A stretch of DNA of 64,000 nucleotides from Eledone cirrhosa (Eukaryota), in assembly GCA_964016885.1 (NCBI GenBank), contig OZ024743.1:96162001-96226000 (forward strand). Reading direction: 5' to 3'. Both the position numbers and the translations under genes were made by a program. Under the pieces are notes generated by a model, which did no database searches, was not told the origin of the DNA, and saw nothing but the letters and a program-made list of their open reading frames with translations. Shown here piece after piece: positions 25,351-41,400 of this stretch (positions are counted from its first letter, which is position 1; every line of letters begins with the position of its first letter).

Positions 25351-26480
25351 CTGAGAGGGTCGTGGGAGAAGAGATCTCAAACAATCCTTCCTGTGTGTCA
25401 TGTCAGAAGCAGCCGTTTCCAATTGATCCGGCTGGATCCCCAAGCGAGACCAGCCGAGCTCATGGATGTTATCCAACCATCTTGCTAGGGTTTAGGGTCT
25501 ACCCTTAGATCTCATAACGGTTAGTTTTTCCTGATACTTTCTTAAGACATTCTAACCACATGCCCATAATATCGAAGCTGTGATCTCTCAATTCGGAGAA
25601 GTAGCGGCTCAACCTGGAGTTACTCTCTGATCTTCAAGCTCTCTACTCTATCGAAAGGCCTTTCGGAGGAATCCCATTTCGACAGCTTGCATTCGTGATC
25701 GTATTCTTTCTGTCATTACCCAAGATTCATGACGATAGGTAAGGGTTGGCACGATTACCGAATTGAAGATAGCGAGTTTGGATTTTACACCTATCTCCCC
25801 CTTCTGCTTACCGAATGCTGAAACTGGCGCATTACTACTCAAGCTCCTGCAACTCTTGCATTTAATTCAGCCTCAGGCCTTCTAACTCGTGAAAACATTC
25901 CCAAGATACTTGATCTTTTCCACCTGCTTCAGTTAAAACTCCATTCACATATAGAGTGCACTATACAGGCTTCCTTGAGAGGACGGTTGTCTCAGTCTTC
26001 GCAGTGCTGATTTTTATTTCAGACATGCAGTACTCGACATAAAGTCTTCTTGCTCTGTAGACCTGTAAAAGACATGTGGCAGCGTTCCACGGGATCTGCT
26101 GTGGAAAGTTCTGCAGGAGTATGGGATCGATGATCGACTTCTTTTTGCCCTGATGTCTCTACATGAATGCCTGAGAATTTGTGTTCGGATAAATAGTGCA
26201 AAATCGAAACCATTCAATGTGAGAGTCGGACTCCACCAAGTATGCGAACTCTCAACTCTCTTGTTCATCGGACGCCATGCTTTGACGCATAGAGTTACGG
26301 CCCTTGCCATTCTGAGTTCAAATCCCGCCGAGGTTAAATATGCCTTTCATCCTTACGGGGTCGATAAAATAAAAGTACCAGTAATGCACTGAGGTAATTG
26401 CTGGCCTTGCGCCAAAAGCAGAAACAATTATTTTCATGAACAGAATTGACATGCGCAGCGGGGTTGGAATTGGTATCACG
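25351..26480. mobile_element. RTE-clade LINE fragment with 5' inversion (3' part on minus, 25351-26015; RT part on plus, 26016-26480)
   Basis: Minus: LKQVEKIKYLG...KLAIFNSVIVPTLTYRHESWVMTERIRSRMQAVEMGFLRK. Plus: VPRDLLWKVLQEYGI...SKPFNVRVGLHQVCELSTLLF[SINE]FMNRI. Confidence 0.85.
26269..26432 (+). mobile_element. 5'-truncated SINE family 1 inserted in the RTE RT region
   Basis: Family-1 core and tail; RT frame resumes after it. Confidence 0.85.
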
Positions 26481-27014
26481 ACCAAGAAAGAAAGATCAGT
26501 GGTAATCCCTTTTTTAGAGTGTTCCAGTTATGAATCAACTAAACAGCCGGCTCATGAAATTAACGTGCATGTGTACCCACGCTTAACGTAATTCTCAGGG
26601 AGATTCTGCATGACATAGTGAGAAGACTAGTCCTTCCAATTACGTGTACATTCCATCCGACGGGCTACCACTCAGTTTCCGACATTTATGTGTGTTTACT
26701 AACACGATCTAGGTCGACACTTACCCGTGATTCCACGCAATGGGATTGAACCCGAGACATAGGGATTACGAAGCGAACCTCTTAACCATATATCTATGCT
26801 ACGTCCACAATACTTTTATAGAGCATATATAAAATGGGACAGCATAGAGATTGAAACCAATCATAAACAGGATATCCATTTCTATTTAATAATATAGCTG
26901 AATGTAGTTTTATGGAAATTACAAAAAACATAGAGGAGTTCTGAATGCAGGGTTTATCTGGTAGGTAGTATTTTTGTGTGAGTGTTTGTGAGTATGTGTG
27001 TGTGTAATTAAATG

Positions 27015-27235
27015 TCTAAAATCATCTGACTGATAAAATGAGAATTCAGTCAATCATATTGGTGGCCTCTACACAGCCCCGGCGGACAGAATGGAGAAGG
27101 CGTTTCCCCAGAGGATGGTAAAGGAGACGCGCTAGAAAAGCCATTCCAGCTCGCGAGGCTCACACCTACGGCTGGCCAGCTCAGCGCCTATGGTGGTGAG
27201 TTGGGAGGTAGCCCTAGAGCCGAGGACACCAGAAG
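27015..27235 (-). mobile_element. CRE-like LINE 3' fragment, second copy
   Basis: Reverse-complement match to 16150-16370. Confidence 0.8.
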
Positions 27236-27830
27236 TCTTCGTCTTGTAACCACTAGAAAAACTTTCGGATATTGGAGGTTTTCGGATTTGTGAATTTCAA
27301 AACATAGTCAAACGAGGTAAAGACAGGATTTGGGAGAAATTGAACAGAAATTATTGTTTCGAAAATGTGTTGCAAAAGCAAATTGTAAGCAAACATGTTA
27401 AACTGAAATACTGAGTTGTTAGATTAGACAATCAAACGGTAAATTTATAGGCCTAAACCAAATATTTCTAAGATTATATTTGTGTTTATTAAACCAATAA
27501 TTGTATTTTGGTTTCTTTGAAAAACACGAGTTCTCCAAAGCAATATTGATATCTATAGTTTCAATTGAAATATAACTGAAATTACAAGTCAGGATAGTTT
27601 ACCGCATCATTAAAATGAGTTGCTTTCAAAGAATCTCTCTATAATTGTCCCAAAAGGAACATTATTGCCATTTCGTTTACCCAGTTAAGAGCAATAGATT
27701 GGTTTCAAAGGTCAATCATTTGTATCTTCATACAAGACCAAGGTGCAACTCCAACTTTGCCTAAACCGTTACCAACTAAGATGACCATATGAAACAAACA
27801 AGATATAGAGTCAGTCAAATCGCTCTCAAA

Positions 27831-28017
27831 TAATTGTTTCTACATTTGGCACAAGGCCAGCAGTTACCCCAGTGTATTACTGGTGTTTTATTTTATCGAC
27901 TCCGTAAGGATGAACGGCAAAGTTAACCTCGGCGGGATTTTAACTCAGAACGTAAAGGGTCATAACTCTATGCTACATAGCGTGGCGTCCTATCCTCTAC
28001 CGATACTGCCAATCTAT
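27831..28017 (-). mobile_element. SINE family 1 with perfect 15-bp TSD
   Basis: atcgctctcaaataa at 27819-27833 and 28016-28030. Confidence 0.9.
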
Positions 28018-29430
28018 CGCTCTCAAATAAAGCTCTAGAATCTTAAATAAAGAAAACCACATTGGTTAATGTAGTTCTAGACACAAGGTCTGAAAGATAT
28101 GACTGGATAGTCACGGCTGGAACATCTTTCATCATAGATCTGCTTGATAAGGATTCACCTGGAGCTAAACACATCTACATATAAAGTAGGTGGTGTCATT
28201 ATACCTTAGTTATAGAAACCGTAACAAGAACCGGTTCTCTGTTGCAATAGTTCAGTTTCCGAGTTATTCTACATTTCATTTTTTTTATTTTATCTTTAGA
28301 TAAATAACTAGAAAAGTTATCTAGTTCTGTATTTATTTGGCTTGAAATAAAGGTGGAATTGGATATCTTTGAAAACTAGATATTTTTAGGATTCATAAAC
28401 AGTGACATTTTTGTGAGGTATCGGCTATAATAGCGAAGTAATTTGGTAGTTATCGTTGTCAAAATGACATTTAAATGCTAAGGACATTGAGATCGCTGTG
28501 GTTAGTTTGGCAAATGTTTTAATGTCAAAGTTAATTCCTGGTCTGTTAACTTGTTCAAAGTTGCATTATTCGATGATAAACTACAAGGTGACACTTTCAA
28601 GGTACTAATCACAATTTGTATTTAAAACATTTCTTAAACGCTACACATGCTACCGTCGTAACACTAGCAGCAACTACAAGAGTAGAAACTATAATAGCAA
28701 TTACATTAGAAACAGCAACAATATGGACAAGGGTAAATAGAAACTATAATAGCAAATACAACAATAGCAACAATGGAATTTGGGAATGGACCTCCATTTT
28801 GATAATGAGTGTGTTAATTGTTCGATCAACGGAACAGCCTGCTCATGAGACTAACATGCAAAAGGCTGAGCAGTCCACAGACACGTGTACTCTTAATATA
28901 GTTCTCCGAGTGATTGAAAGTGACATTGTGTGTGACAAAGCCAGCTCTTTAAATTACCAGTAGAGTCCACCTAACAGACTTCCAAACAGTTTCCACCCAC
29001 CTAATTTATTTCACACGGCATCATGGGTTGGTGGTATAAGACACTTGCTCAAGATACCCCTCAGTTAAATTTAATTTGGGATCTAATGATTGCGAAGCGA
29101 ACTCTTTGCTGTGTTCATACAATAGCAAAAGTATGGATAGAGACAATTGCAGTAGCAACAGGTTCAATATAATTTATTCTTCCAAATATTCCTTCGATAA
29201 ATATTCAAAGCTATTCAAATCATATGAACAAAAAAATCTCAATTAAATTTCTCAGATTCTGTTTTGATGTTCTGTCAGTGTTCTACACATTCAATCTGTT
29301 ATTTTGAATTAGTATTTTAAACTAATGACCACATGAAATCCCCTTGCTTTAACATTGCTGTAATACTATGGTTGGTATCGTTAGACCACCATAAATGTTA
29401 ACAGGATATAGCTATAACAAATAACATATA

Positions 29431-32400
29431 CTGATGCAAATAGTATATTTTATTTGATGCAGGTAGTATATGCAATCTGATGCAGATAGTGTATACTATC
29501 TGATGAAGTTAGTATATACTATCTGATGCAGGTAGTATATACTATCTGATGCAGGTAGTATATACTGTCTGATGCAGGTAGTATATACTATCTGATGCAG
29601 GTAGTATATACTATCTGATGCAGGTAGTATATACTATCTGATGCAGGCAGTGTATACTGTCTGATGAAGATAGTATATACTATCTGATGCAGGTGGTATA
29701 TACTATCTGATGCAAGTAGTATATACTGTCTGATGCAGGCAGTATATACTATCTGATGCAGCTAGTATATACTATCTAATGCAGACAGTATATACTATCT
29801 GATGCAGGCAGTATATACTATCTGATGTAGACAGTATATACTACCTGATGCAGATAGTGTATACTATCTGATGCAGACAGTATATACTATCTGATGCAGG
29901 CAGTATATACTATCTGATGCAGACAGTATATACTATCTGTTGCAGGTAGTACATACTGTCTGATGCAGGCAGTATATACTATCTGATGCAGACAGTATAT
30001 ACTATCTGATGCAGGTAGTATATACTGTCTGATGCAGGCAGTATATACTATCTGATGCAGACAGTATATACTATCTGATGCAGACAGTATATACTATCTG
30101 ATGCAGACAGTATATACTATCAGTTGCAGGCAGTATATACTATCTGATGTAGACAGTATACACTATCTGATGCAGACAGTATATACTATCTGATGCAGCT
30201 AGTATATACTATCTGATGCAGACAGTATATACCATCTGATGCAGCTAGTATATACTATCTGATGCAGGCAGTATATACTATCTGATGCAGGTAGTATATA
30301 CTATCTGTTGCAGATAGTATATACTATCTAATGCAGACAGTATATACTATCTGATGCAGGCAGTATATACTATCTAATGCAGACAGTATATACTATCTGA
30401 TGCAGACAGTATATACTATCTGATGCAGGCAGTATATACTGTCTGATGCAGGTAGTATATACTATCTGATGCAGACAGTATATACTATCTGATGTAGAGA
30501 GTATATACTACCTGATGCAGACAGTATATACTGTCTGATGCAGGTAGTATATACTATCTAATGCAGGTAGTATATACTATCTGATGCAGATAGTGTATAC
30601 TATCTGATGCAGGTAGTATATACTATCTGATGCAGGTAGTATATACTATCTGATGCAGGTAGTATATACTATCTGATGCAGGCAGTATATACTATCTGAT
30701 GCAGGCAGTATATACTACCTGATGCAGGTACTATATACTATCTAATGCAGACAGTATATACTATCTGATGCAGGCAGTATATACTATCTGATGCAGGTAG
30801 TATATACTATCTAATGCAGACGACAGAATATACTATCTGATGCAGAGAGTATATACTATCTGATACAGACAGTATATACTATCTGATGCAGGTAGTATAT
30901 ACTATCTAATGCAGACGACAGTATATACTATCTAATGCAGACAGTATATACTATCTGATAAAGACAGTATATACTATCTGATGCAGGTAGTATATACTAT
31001 CTAATGCAGACGACAGTATATACTATCTGATGCAGACAGTATATACTAACTAATGAAGACAGTATATACTATCGGATGCAGACAGTATATACTATCTAAT
31101 GCAGACAGTATATACTATCGGATGCAGGTAGTATATACTATCTGATGCAGACAGTATATACTATCTGATGCAGGCAGTATATACTATCTGATGCTAACAG
31201 TATATACTATCTGATGCAGGTAGTATATACTATCTGATGTAGATAGTATATACTACCTGATGCAGGTAGTGTATACTATCTAATGCAGGTAGTATATAGT
31301 ATCTGATGCAGGTAGTGTATACTATCTAATGCAGGTAGTATATACTATCTGATGCAGGTAGTATATACTATCTGATGCAGGCAGTATATACTATCTGATG
31401 CAGGCAGTATATACTATCTAATGCAGACAGTATATACGATCTGATGCAGACAGTATATACTATCAGATGCAGACAGTATATACTATCTAATGCAGACAGT
31501 ATATACTATCTGATGCAGGCAGTATATACTATCGGATGCAGACAGTATATACTATCTAATGCAGACAGTATATACTATCGGATGCAGACAGTATATACTA
31601 TCTAATGCAGACAGTATATACTATCTGATGCAGTCAGTATATACTATCTGATGCAGTCAGTATATACTATCTGATGCAGACAGTATATACTATCAGATGC
31701 AGACAGTATATACTATCTGATGCAGGCAGTATATACTATCTGATGCAGGTAGTATATACTATCTGACGCAGATAGTATATACTATCTGACGCAGGTAGTA
31801 TATACTGTCTGATGCAGGTAGTATATACTATCTGATGCAGGTAGTATATACTATCTAATGCAGGTAGTATATACTATCTAATGCAGACAGTATATACTAT
31901 CCGATGCAGGCAGTATATACTATCTAATGCAGACAGTATATACTATCTGATGCAGACAGTATATACTATCTGATGCAGCTAGTATATACTATCTGATGCA
32001 TACAGTGCATACCATCTGATGCAGGTAGTACACACTATCTGATGCAGGTAGTATATACTATCTGATGCAGGTAGTATATACTATCTGATGCAGAGAGTAT
32101 ATACTATCTGATGCAGGTAGTATATACTATCTGATGCAGGTAGTATATACTGTCTGATGCAGACAGTATATACTATCTGATGCAGACAGTATATACTATC
32201 TGATACAGACAGTATATACTATCTGATGCAGGTAGTATATACTATCTAATGCAGACGACAGTATATACTATCTAATGCAGACAGTATATACTATCTGATA
32301 CAGACAGTATATACTATCTGATGCAGGTAGTATATACTATCTAATGCAGACGACAGTATATACTATCTGATGCAGACAGTATATACTAACTAATGAAGAC

Positions 32401-35400
32401 AGTATATACTATCTGATGTAGATAGTATATACTACCTGATGCAGGTAGTGTATACTATCTAATGTAGGTAGTATATAGTATCTGATGCAGGTAGTGTATA
32501 CTATCTAATGCAGGTAGTATATACTATCTGATGCAGGTAGTATATACTATCTGATGCAGGCAGTATATACTATCTGATGCAGGCAGTATATACTATCTAA
32601 TGCAGACAGTATATACGATCTGATGCAGACAGTATATACTATCGGATGCAGACAGTATATACTATCTAATGCAGACAGTATATACTATCGGATGCAGGCA
32701 GTATATACTATCTGATGCAGTCAGTATATACTATCTGATGCAGTCAGTATATACTATCTGATGCAGACAGTATATACTATCAGATGCAGACAGTATATAC
32801 TATCTGATGCAGGCAGTATATACTATCTGATGCAGGTAGTATATACTATCTGACGCAGATAGTATATACTATCTGATGCAGGCAGTATATACTATCTGAT
32901 GCAGGTAGTGTATACTATCTAATGCAGGTAGTATATACTATCTGACGCAGGTAGTATATACTGTCTGATGCAGGTAGTATATACTATCTGATGCAGGTAG
33001 TATATACTATCTGATGCAGGTAGTGTATACTATTTAATGCAGGTAGTATATACTATCTAATGCAGAGAGTATATACTATCCGATGCAGGCAGTATATACT
33101 ATCTAATGCAGACAGTATATACTATCTGATGCAGACAGTATATACTATCTGATGCAGCTAGTATATACTATCTGATGCAGCTAGTATATACTATCTGATG
33201 CAGGTAGTATATACTATCTGATGCAGGTGGTATATATTATCTGATGCAGAGAGTATATACTATCTGATGCAGGTAGTATATACTATCTGATGCAGGTAGT
33301 ATATACTGTCTGATGCAGACAGTATATACTATCTGATGCAGACAGTATATACTATCTGATGCAGACAGTATATACTATCTGATGTAGACAGTATATACTA
33401 CCTGATGCAGACAGTATATACTGTCTGATACAGGTAGTGTATACTATCTAATGCAGGTAGTATATACTATCTGATGCTGACAGTATATACTATCTGATGC
33501 AGGTAGTATATACTATCTGATGTAGATAGTATATACTACCTGATGCAGGTAGTGTATACTATCTAATGCAGGTAGTATATAGTATCTGATGCAGGTAGTG
33601 TATACTATCTAATGCAGGTAGTATATACTATCTGATGCAGGTAGTATATACTATCTGATGCAGGCAGTATATACTATCTGATGCAGGCAGTATATACTAT
33701 CTAATGCAGACAGTATATACGATCTGATGCAGACAGTATATACTATCGGATGCAGACAGTATATACTATCTAATGCAGACAGTATATACTATCGGATGCA
33801 GGCAGTATATACTATCTAATGCAGACAGTATATACTATCTGATGCAGTCAGTATATACTATCTGATGCAGTCAGTATATACTATCTGATTCAGACAGTAT
33901 ATACTATCAGATGCAGACAGTATATACTATCTGATGCAGGCAGTATATACTATCTGATGCAGGTAGTATATACTATCTGACGCAGATAGTATATACTATC
34001 TGATGCAGGCAGTATATACTATCTGATGCAGGTAGTGTATACTATCTAATGCAGGTAGTATATACTATCTGACGCAGGTAGTATATACTGTCTGATGCAG
34101 GTAGTATATACTATCTGATGCAGGTAGTATATACTATCTGATGCAGGTAGTGTATACTATCTAATGCAGGTAGTATATACTATCTAATGCAGACAGTATA
34201 TACTATCCGATGCAGGCAGTATATACTATCTAATGCAGACAGTATATACTATCTGATGCAGACAGTATATACTATCTGATGCAGCTAGTATATACTATCT
34301 GATGCAGGTAGTATATACTATCTGATGCAGGTAGTATATACTATCTGATGCAGGTGGTATATACTATCTGATGCAGAGAGTATATACTATCTGATGCAGG
34401 TAGTATATACTATCTGATGCAGGTAGTATATACTGTCTGATGCAGACAGTATATACTATCTGATGCAGACAGTATATACTATCTGATGCAGACAGTATAT
34501 ACTACCTGATGCAGACAGTATATACTGTCTGATACAGGTAGTGTATACTATCTAATGCAGGTAGTATATAGTATCTGATGCAGGTAGTGTATACTATCTA
34601 ATGCAGGTAGTATATACTATCTGATGCAGGTAGTATATACTATCTGATGTAGGCAGTATATACTATCTGATGCAGGTAGTATATACTATCTGATGTAGGC
34701 AGTATATACTATCTGATGCAGGTAGTATATACTATCTAATGCAGACAGTATATACTATCTGATGCAGGTAGTATATACTATCTGATGCAGGCAGTATATG
34801 CTATCTGATGCAGGTAGTATATACTATCTGATGCAGGTAGTATATACTATCTGATGTAGGCAGTATATAGTATCTGATACAGGTAGTATATACTATCTAA
34901 TGCAGACAGTATATACTACCTGATGCAGGTAGTATATACTATCTGATGCAGGCAGTATATACTATCTGAAGCAGGCAGTATATACTACCTGATGCAGGTA
35001 GTATATACTATCTAATGCAGACAGTATATACTATCTGATGCAGGCAGTATATACTATCTGATGCAGGTAGTATATACTATCTGATGCAGGCAGTATATAC
35101 TATCTGATGCAGGTAGTATATACTATCTAATGCAGACAGTATATACTATCTGATGCAGACAGTATATACTATCTGATGCAGGCAGTATATACTATCTGAT
35201 GCAGGTAGTATATACTATCTGATGCAGACAGTATATACTATCTGATGCAGACAGTATATACTATCTGATGCAGGTAGTATATACTATCTAATGCAGACAG
35301 TATATACTATCTGATGCAGGTAGTATATACTATCTAATGCAGACGACAGTATATACTATCTGATGCAGACAGTATATACTAACTAATGAAGACAGTATAT

Positions 35401-38400
35401 ACTATCGGATGCAGACAGTTTATACTATCTAATGCAGACAGTATATACTATCGGATGCAGACAGTATATACTATCTAATGCAGACAGTATATACTATCTG
35501 ATGCAGGTAGTATATACTATCTGATGCAGACAGTATATACTATCTGATGCAGGCAGTATATACTATCTGATGCTGACAGTATATACTATCTGATGCAGGT
35601 AGTATATACTATCTGATGTAGATAGTATATACTACCTGATGCAGACAGTATATACTGTCTGATGCAGGTAGTGTATACTATCTAATGCAGGTAGTATATA
35701 GTATCTGATGCAGGTAGTGTATACTATCTAATGCAGGTAGTATATACTGTCTGATGCAGGTAGTATATACTACCTGATGCAGGCAGTATATACTATCTGA
35801 TGCAGGCAGTATATACTATCTAATGCAGACAGTATATACGATCTGATGCAGACAGTATATACTATCGGATGCAGACAGTATATACTATCTAATGCAGACA
35901 GTATATACTATCTGATGCAGTCAGTATATACTATCTGATGCAGTCAGTATATACTATCTGATGCAGACAGTATATACTATTTGATGCAGACAGTATATAC
36001 TATCTGATGCAGGCAGTATATACTATCTGATGCAGGTAGTATATACTATCTGACGCAGATAGTATATAGTATCTGACGCAGGTAGTATATACTGTCTGAT
36101 GCAGGTAGTATATACTATCTGATGCAGGGAGTATATACTATCTAATGCAGGTAGTATATACTATCTGATGCAGGTAGTGTATACTATCTAATGCAGGTAG
36201 TATATACTATCTAATGCAGACAGTATATACTATCCGATGCAGGCAGTATATACTATCTAATGCAGACAGTATATACTCTCTGATGCAGACAGTATATACT
36301 ATCTGATGCAGCTAGTATATACTATCTGATGCATACAGTGCATACCATATGATGCAGCTAGTACACACTATCTGATGCAGGTAGTATATACTATCTGATG
36401 CAGGTAGTATATACTATCTGATGCAGGTGGTATATACTATCTGATGCAGAGAGTATATACTATCTGATGCAGGTAGTATATACTATCTGATGCAGGTAGT
36501 ATATACTGTCTGATGCAGACAGTATATACTATCTGATGCAGACAGTATATACTATCTGATGCAGACAGTATATACTATCTGATGTAGACAGTATATACTA
36601 CCTGATGCAGACAGTATATACTGTCTGATACAGGTAGTGTATACTATCTAATGCAGGTAGTATATAGTATCTGATGCAGGTAGTGTATACTATCTAATGC
36701 AGGTAGTATATACTATCTGATGCAGGTAGTATATACTATCTGATGTAGGCAGTATATACTATCTGATGCAGGTAGTATATACCATCTGATGTAGGCAGTA
36801 TATACTATCTGATGCAGGTAGTATATACTATCTAATGCAGACAGTATATACTACCTGATGTAGGTAGTATATACTATCTAATGCAGACAGTATATATTAT
36901 CTGATGCAGGCAGTATATACTATCTAATGCAGACAGTATATACTATCTGATGCAGACAGTATATACTATCTGATGCAGGTAGTATATACTATCTAATGCA
37001 GACAGTATATACTATCTGATGTAGACAGTATATACTACCTGATGCAGACAGTATATACTATCTGATGCAGGTAGTGTATACTATCTAATGCAGACGACAG
37101 TATATACTATCTGATGCAGACAGCATATACTAACTAATGAAGACAGTATATACTATCTGATGCAGGTAGTATATACTATCGGATGCAGACAGTTTATAGT
37201 ATCTAATGCAGACAGTATATACTATCTGATGCAGGTAGTATATACTATCTGATGCAGGCAGTATATACTATCTGATGCTGGTAGTATATACTATCTGATG
37301 TAGACAGTTTATACTATCTGATGCAGACAGTATATACTATCTGATGCAGACAGTATATACTATCTGATGCAGGCAGTATATACTATCTGATGCAGGTAGT
37401 ATATACTATCTGATGCACGCAGTATATACTATCTGATGCAGGCAGTATATACTATCTGATGCAGACAGTATATACTATCTAATGCAGACAGTATATACTA
37501 TCTGATGCAGACAGTATATACTAACTGATGCAGGCAGTATATACTATCTAATGCAGACAGTATATACTATCTGATGCAGACAGTATATACTATCTGATGC
37601 AGGCAGTATATACTATCTGATGCAGGCAGTATATACTATCTGATGCAGCCAGTATATACTATCTGATGCAGACAGTATATACTATCTGATGCAGTCAGTA
37701 TATACTATCTGATGCAGACAGTATATACTATTTGATGCAGACAGTATATACTATCTGATGCAGGCAGTATATACTATCTGATGCAGGTAGTATATACTAT
37801 CTGACGCAGATAGTATATAGTATCTGACGCAGGTAGTATAAACTGTCTGATGCAGGTAGTATATACTATCTGATGCAGGGAGTATATACTATCTAATGCA
37901 GGTAGTATATACTATCTGATGCAGGTAGTGTATACTATCTAATGCAGGTAGTATATACTATCTAATGCAGACAGTATATACTATCCGATGCAGGCAGTAT
38001 ATACTATCTAATGCAGACAGTATATACTCTCTGATGCAGACAGTATATACTATCTGATGCAGCTAGTATATACTATCTGATGCATACAGTGCATACCATA
38101 TGATGCAGCTAGTACACACTATCTGATGCAGGTAGTATATACTATCTGATGCAGGTAGTATATACTATCTGATGCAGGTGGTATATACTATCTGATGCAG
38201 AGAGTATATACTATCTGATGCAGGTAGTATATACTATCTGATGCAGGTAGTATATACTGTCTGATGCAGACAGTATATACTATCTGATGCAGACAGTATA
38301 TACTATCTGATGCAGACAGTATATACTATCTGATGTAGACAGTATATACTACCTGATGCAGACAGTATATACTGTCTGATACAGGTAGTGTATACTATCT

Positions 38401-41400
38401 AATGCAGGTAGTATATAGTATCTGATGCAGGTAGTGTATACTATCTAATGCAGGTAGTATATACTATCTGATGCAGGTAGTATATACTATCTGATGTAGG
38501 CAGTATATACTATCTGATGCAGGTAGTATATACTATCTGATGTAGGCAGTATATACTATCTGATGCAGGTAGTATATACTATCTAATGCAGACAGTATAT
38601 ACTATCTGATGCAGGTAGTATATACTATCTGATGCAGGCAGTATATACTATCTGATGCAGGCAGTATATACTATCTGATGCAGGTAGTATATACTATCTG
38701 ATGTAGGCAGTATATACTATCTGATACAGGTAGTATATACTATCTAATGCAGACAGTATATACTATCTGATGCAGGTAGTATATACTATCCGATGCAGGC
38801 AGTATATACTATCTGATGCAGGCAGTATATACTACCTGATGTAGGTAGTATATACTATCTAATGCAGACAGTATATATTATCTGATGCAGGCAGTATATA
38901 CTATCTAATGCAGACAGTATATACTATCTGATGCAGACAGTATATACTATCTGATGCAGGTAGTATATACTATCTAATGCAGACAGTACATACTATCTGA
39001 TGTAGACAGTATATACTACCTGATGCAGACAGTATATACTATCTGATGCAGGTAGTGTATACTATCTAATGCAGACGACAGTATATACTATCTGATGCAG
39101 ACAGCATATACTAACTAATGAAGACAGTATATACTATCTAATGCAGGTAGTATATACTATCGGATGCAGACAGTTTATACTATCTAATGCAGACAGTATA
39201 TACTATCTGATGCAGGTAGTATATACTATCTGATGCAGGCAGTATATACTATCTGATGCTGGTAGTATATACTATCTGATGTAGACAGTTTATACTATCT
39301 GATGCAGACAGTATATACTATCTGATGCAGACAGTATATACTATCTGATGCAGGCAGTATATACTATCTGATGCAGGTAGTATATACTATCTGATGCACG
39401 CAGTATATACTATCTGATGCAGGCAGTATATACTATCTGATGCAGACAGTATATACTATCTAATGCAGACAGTATATACTATCTGATGCAGACAGTATAT
39501 ACTAACTGATGCAGGCAGTATATACTATCTAATGCAGACAGTATATACTATCTGATGCAGACAGTATATACTATCTGATGCAGGCAGTATATACTATCTG
39601 ATGCAGGCAGTATATACTATCTGATGCAGCCAGTATATACTATCTGATGCAGACAGTATATACTATCTGATGCAGTCAGTATATACTATCTGATGCAGAC
39701 AGTATATACTATTTGATGCAGACAGTATATACTATCTGATGCAGGCAGTATATACTATCTGATGCAGGTAGTATATACTATCTGACGCAGATAGTATATA
39801 GTATCTGACGCAGGTAGTATATACTGTCTGATGCAGGTAGTATATACTATCTGATGCAGGGAGTATATACTATCTAATGCAGGTAGTATATACTATCTGA
39901 TGCAGGTAGTGTATACTATCTAATGCAGGTAGTATATACTATCTAATGCAGACAGTATATACTATCTGATGCAGGTAGTATATACTATCTAATGCAGATA
40001 GTATATACTATCTGATGCAGACAGTATATACTATCTGATGCAGGTAGTATATACTATCTAATGCAGACAGTATATACTATCTGATGTAGACAGTATATAC
40101 TACCTGATGCAGACAGTATATACTATCTGATGCAGCTAGTGTATACTATCTAATGCAGACGACAGTATATACTATCTGATGCAGACAGCATATACTAACT
40201 AATGAAGACAGTATATACTATCTGATGCAGGTAGTATATACTATCGGATGCAGACAGTTTATACTATCTAATGCAGACAGTATATACTATCTGATGCAGG
40301 TAGTATATACTATCTGATGCAGGCAGTATATACTATCTGATGCTGGTAGTATATACTATCTGATGTAGACAGTTTATACTATCTGATGCAGACAGTATAT
40401 ACTATCTGATGCAGACAGTATATACTATCTGATGCAGGCAGTATATACTACCTGATGCAGGTAGTATATACTATCTGATGCACGCAGTATATACCATCTG
40501 ATGCAGGCAGTATATACTATCTGATGCAGACAGTATATACTATCTAATGCAGACAGTATATACTATCTGATGCAGACAGTATATACTAACTGATGCAGGC
40601 AGTATATACTATCTAATGCAGACAATATATACTATCTGATGCAGACAGTATATACTATCTGATGCAGGCAGTATATACTATCTGATGCAGGCAGTATATA
40701 CTATCTGATGCAGCCAGTATATACTATCTGATGCAGACAGTATATACTATCTGATGCAGACAGTATATACTATCTAATGCATGCAGTATATACTATCTAA
40801 TGCAGGTAGTATATACTATCTTATGCAGGCAGTATATACTATCTGATGCAGACAGTATATACTATCTGATGCAGGTAGTATATACTATCTGATGCAGACA
40901 GTATATACTATCTGGTGCAGACAGTATATACTATCTAATGCAGACAGTATATACTATCTGATGCAGACAGTATATACTATCTGATGCAGGTAGTATATAC
41001 TATCTAATGCAGGTAGTATATACTATCTGATGCAGACAGTATATACTATCTGATGCAGACAGTATATACTATCTAATGCAGGCAGTATATACTATCTAAT
41101 GCAGGTAGTATATACTATCTTATGCAGGCAGTATATACTATCTGATGCAGACAGTATATACTATCTGATGCAGGTAGTATATACTATCTAATACAGGCAG
41201 TATATACTATCTGATGCAGACAGTATATACTATCTAATGCAGACAGTATATACTATCTAATGCAGACAGTATATACTATCTGATGCAGGTAGTATATACT
41301 ATCTGATGCAGACAGTATATACTATCTAATGCAGACAGTATATACTATCTGATGCAGACAGTATATACTAACTGATGCAGGCAGTATATACTATCTGATG

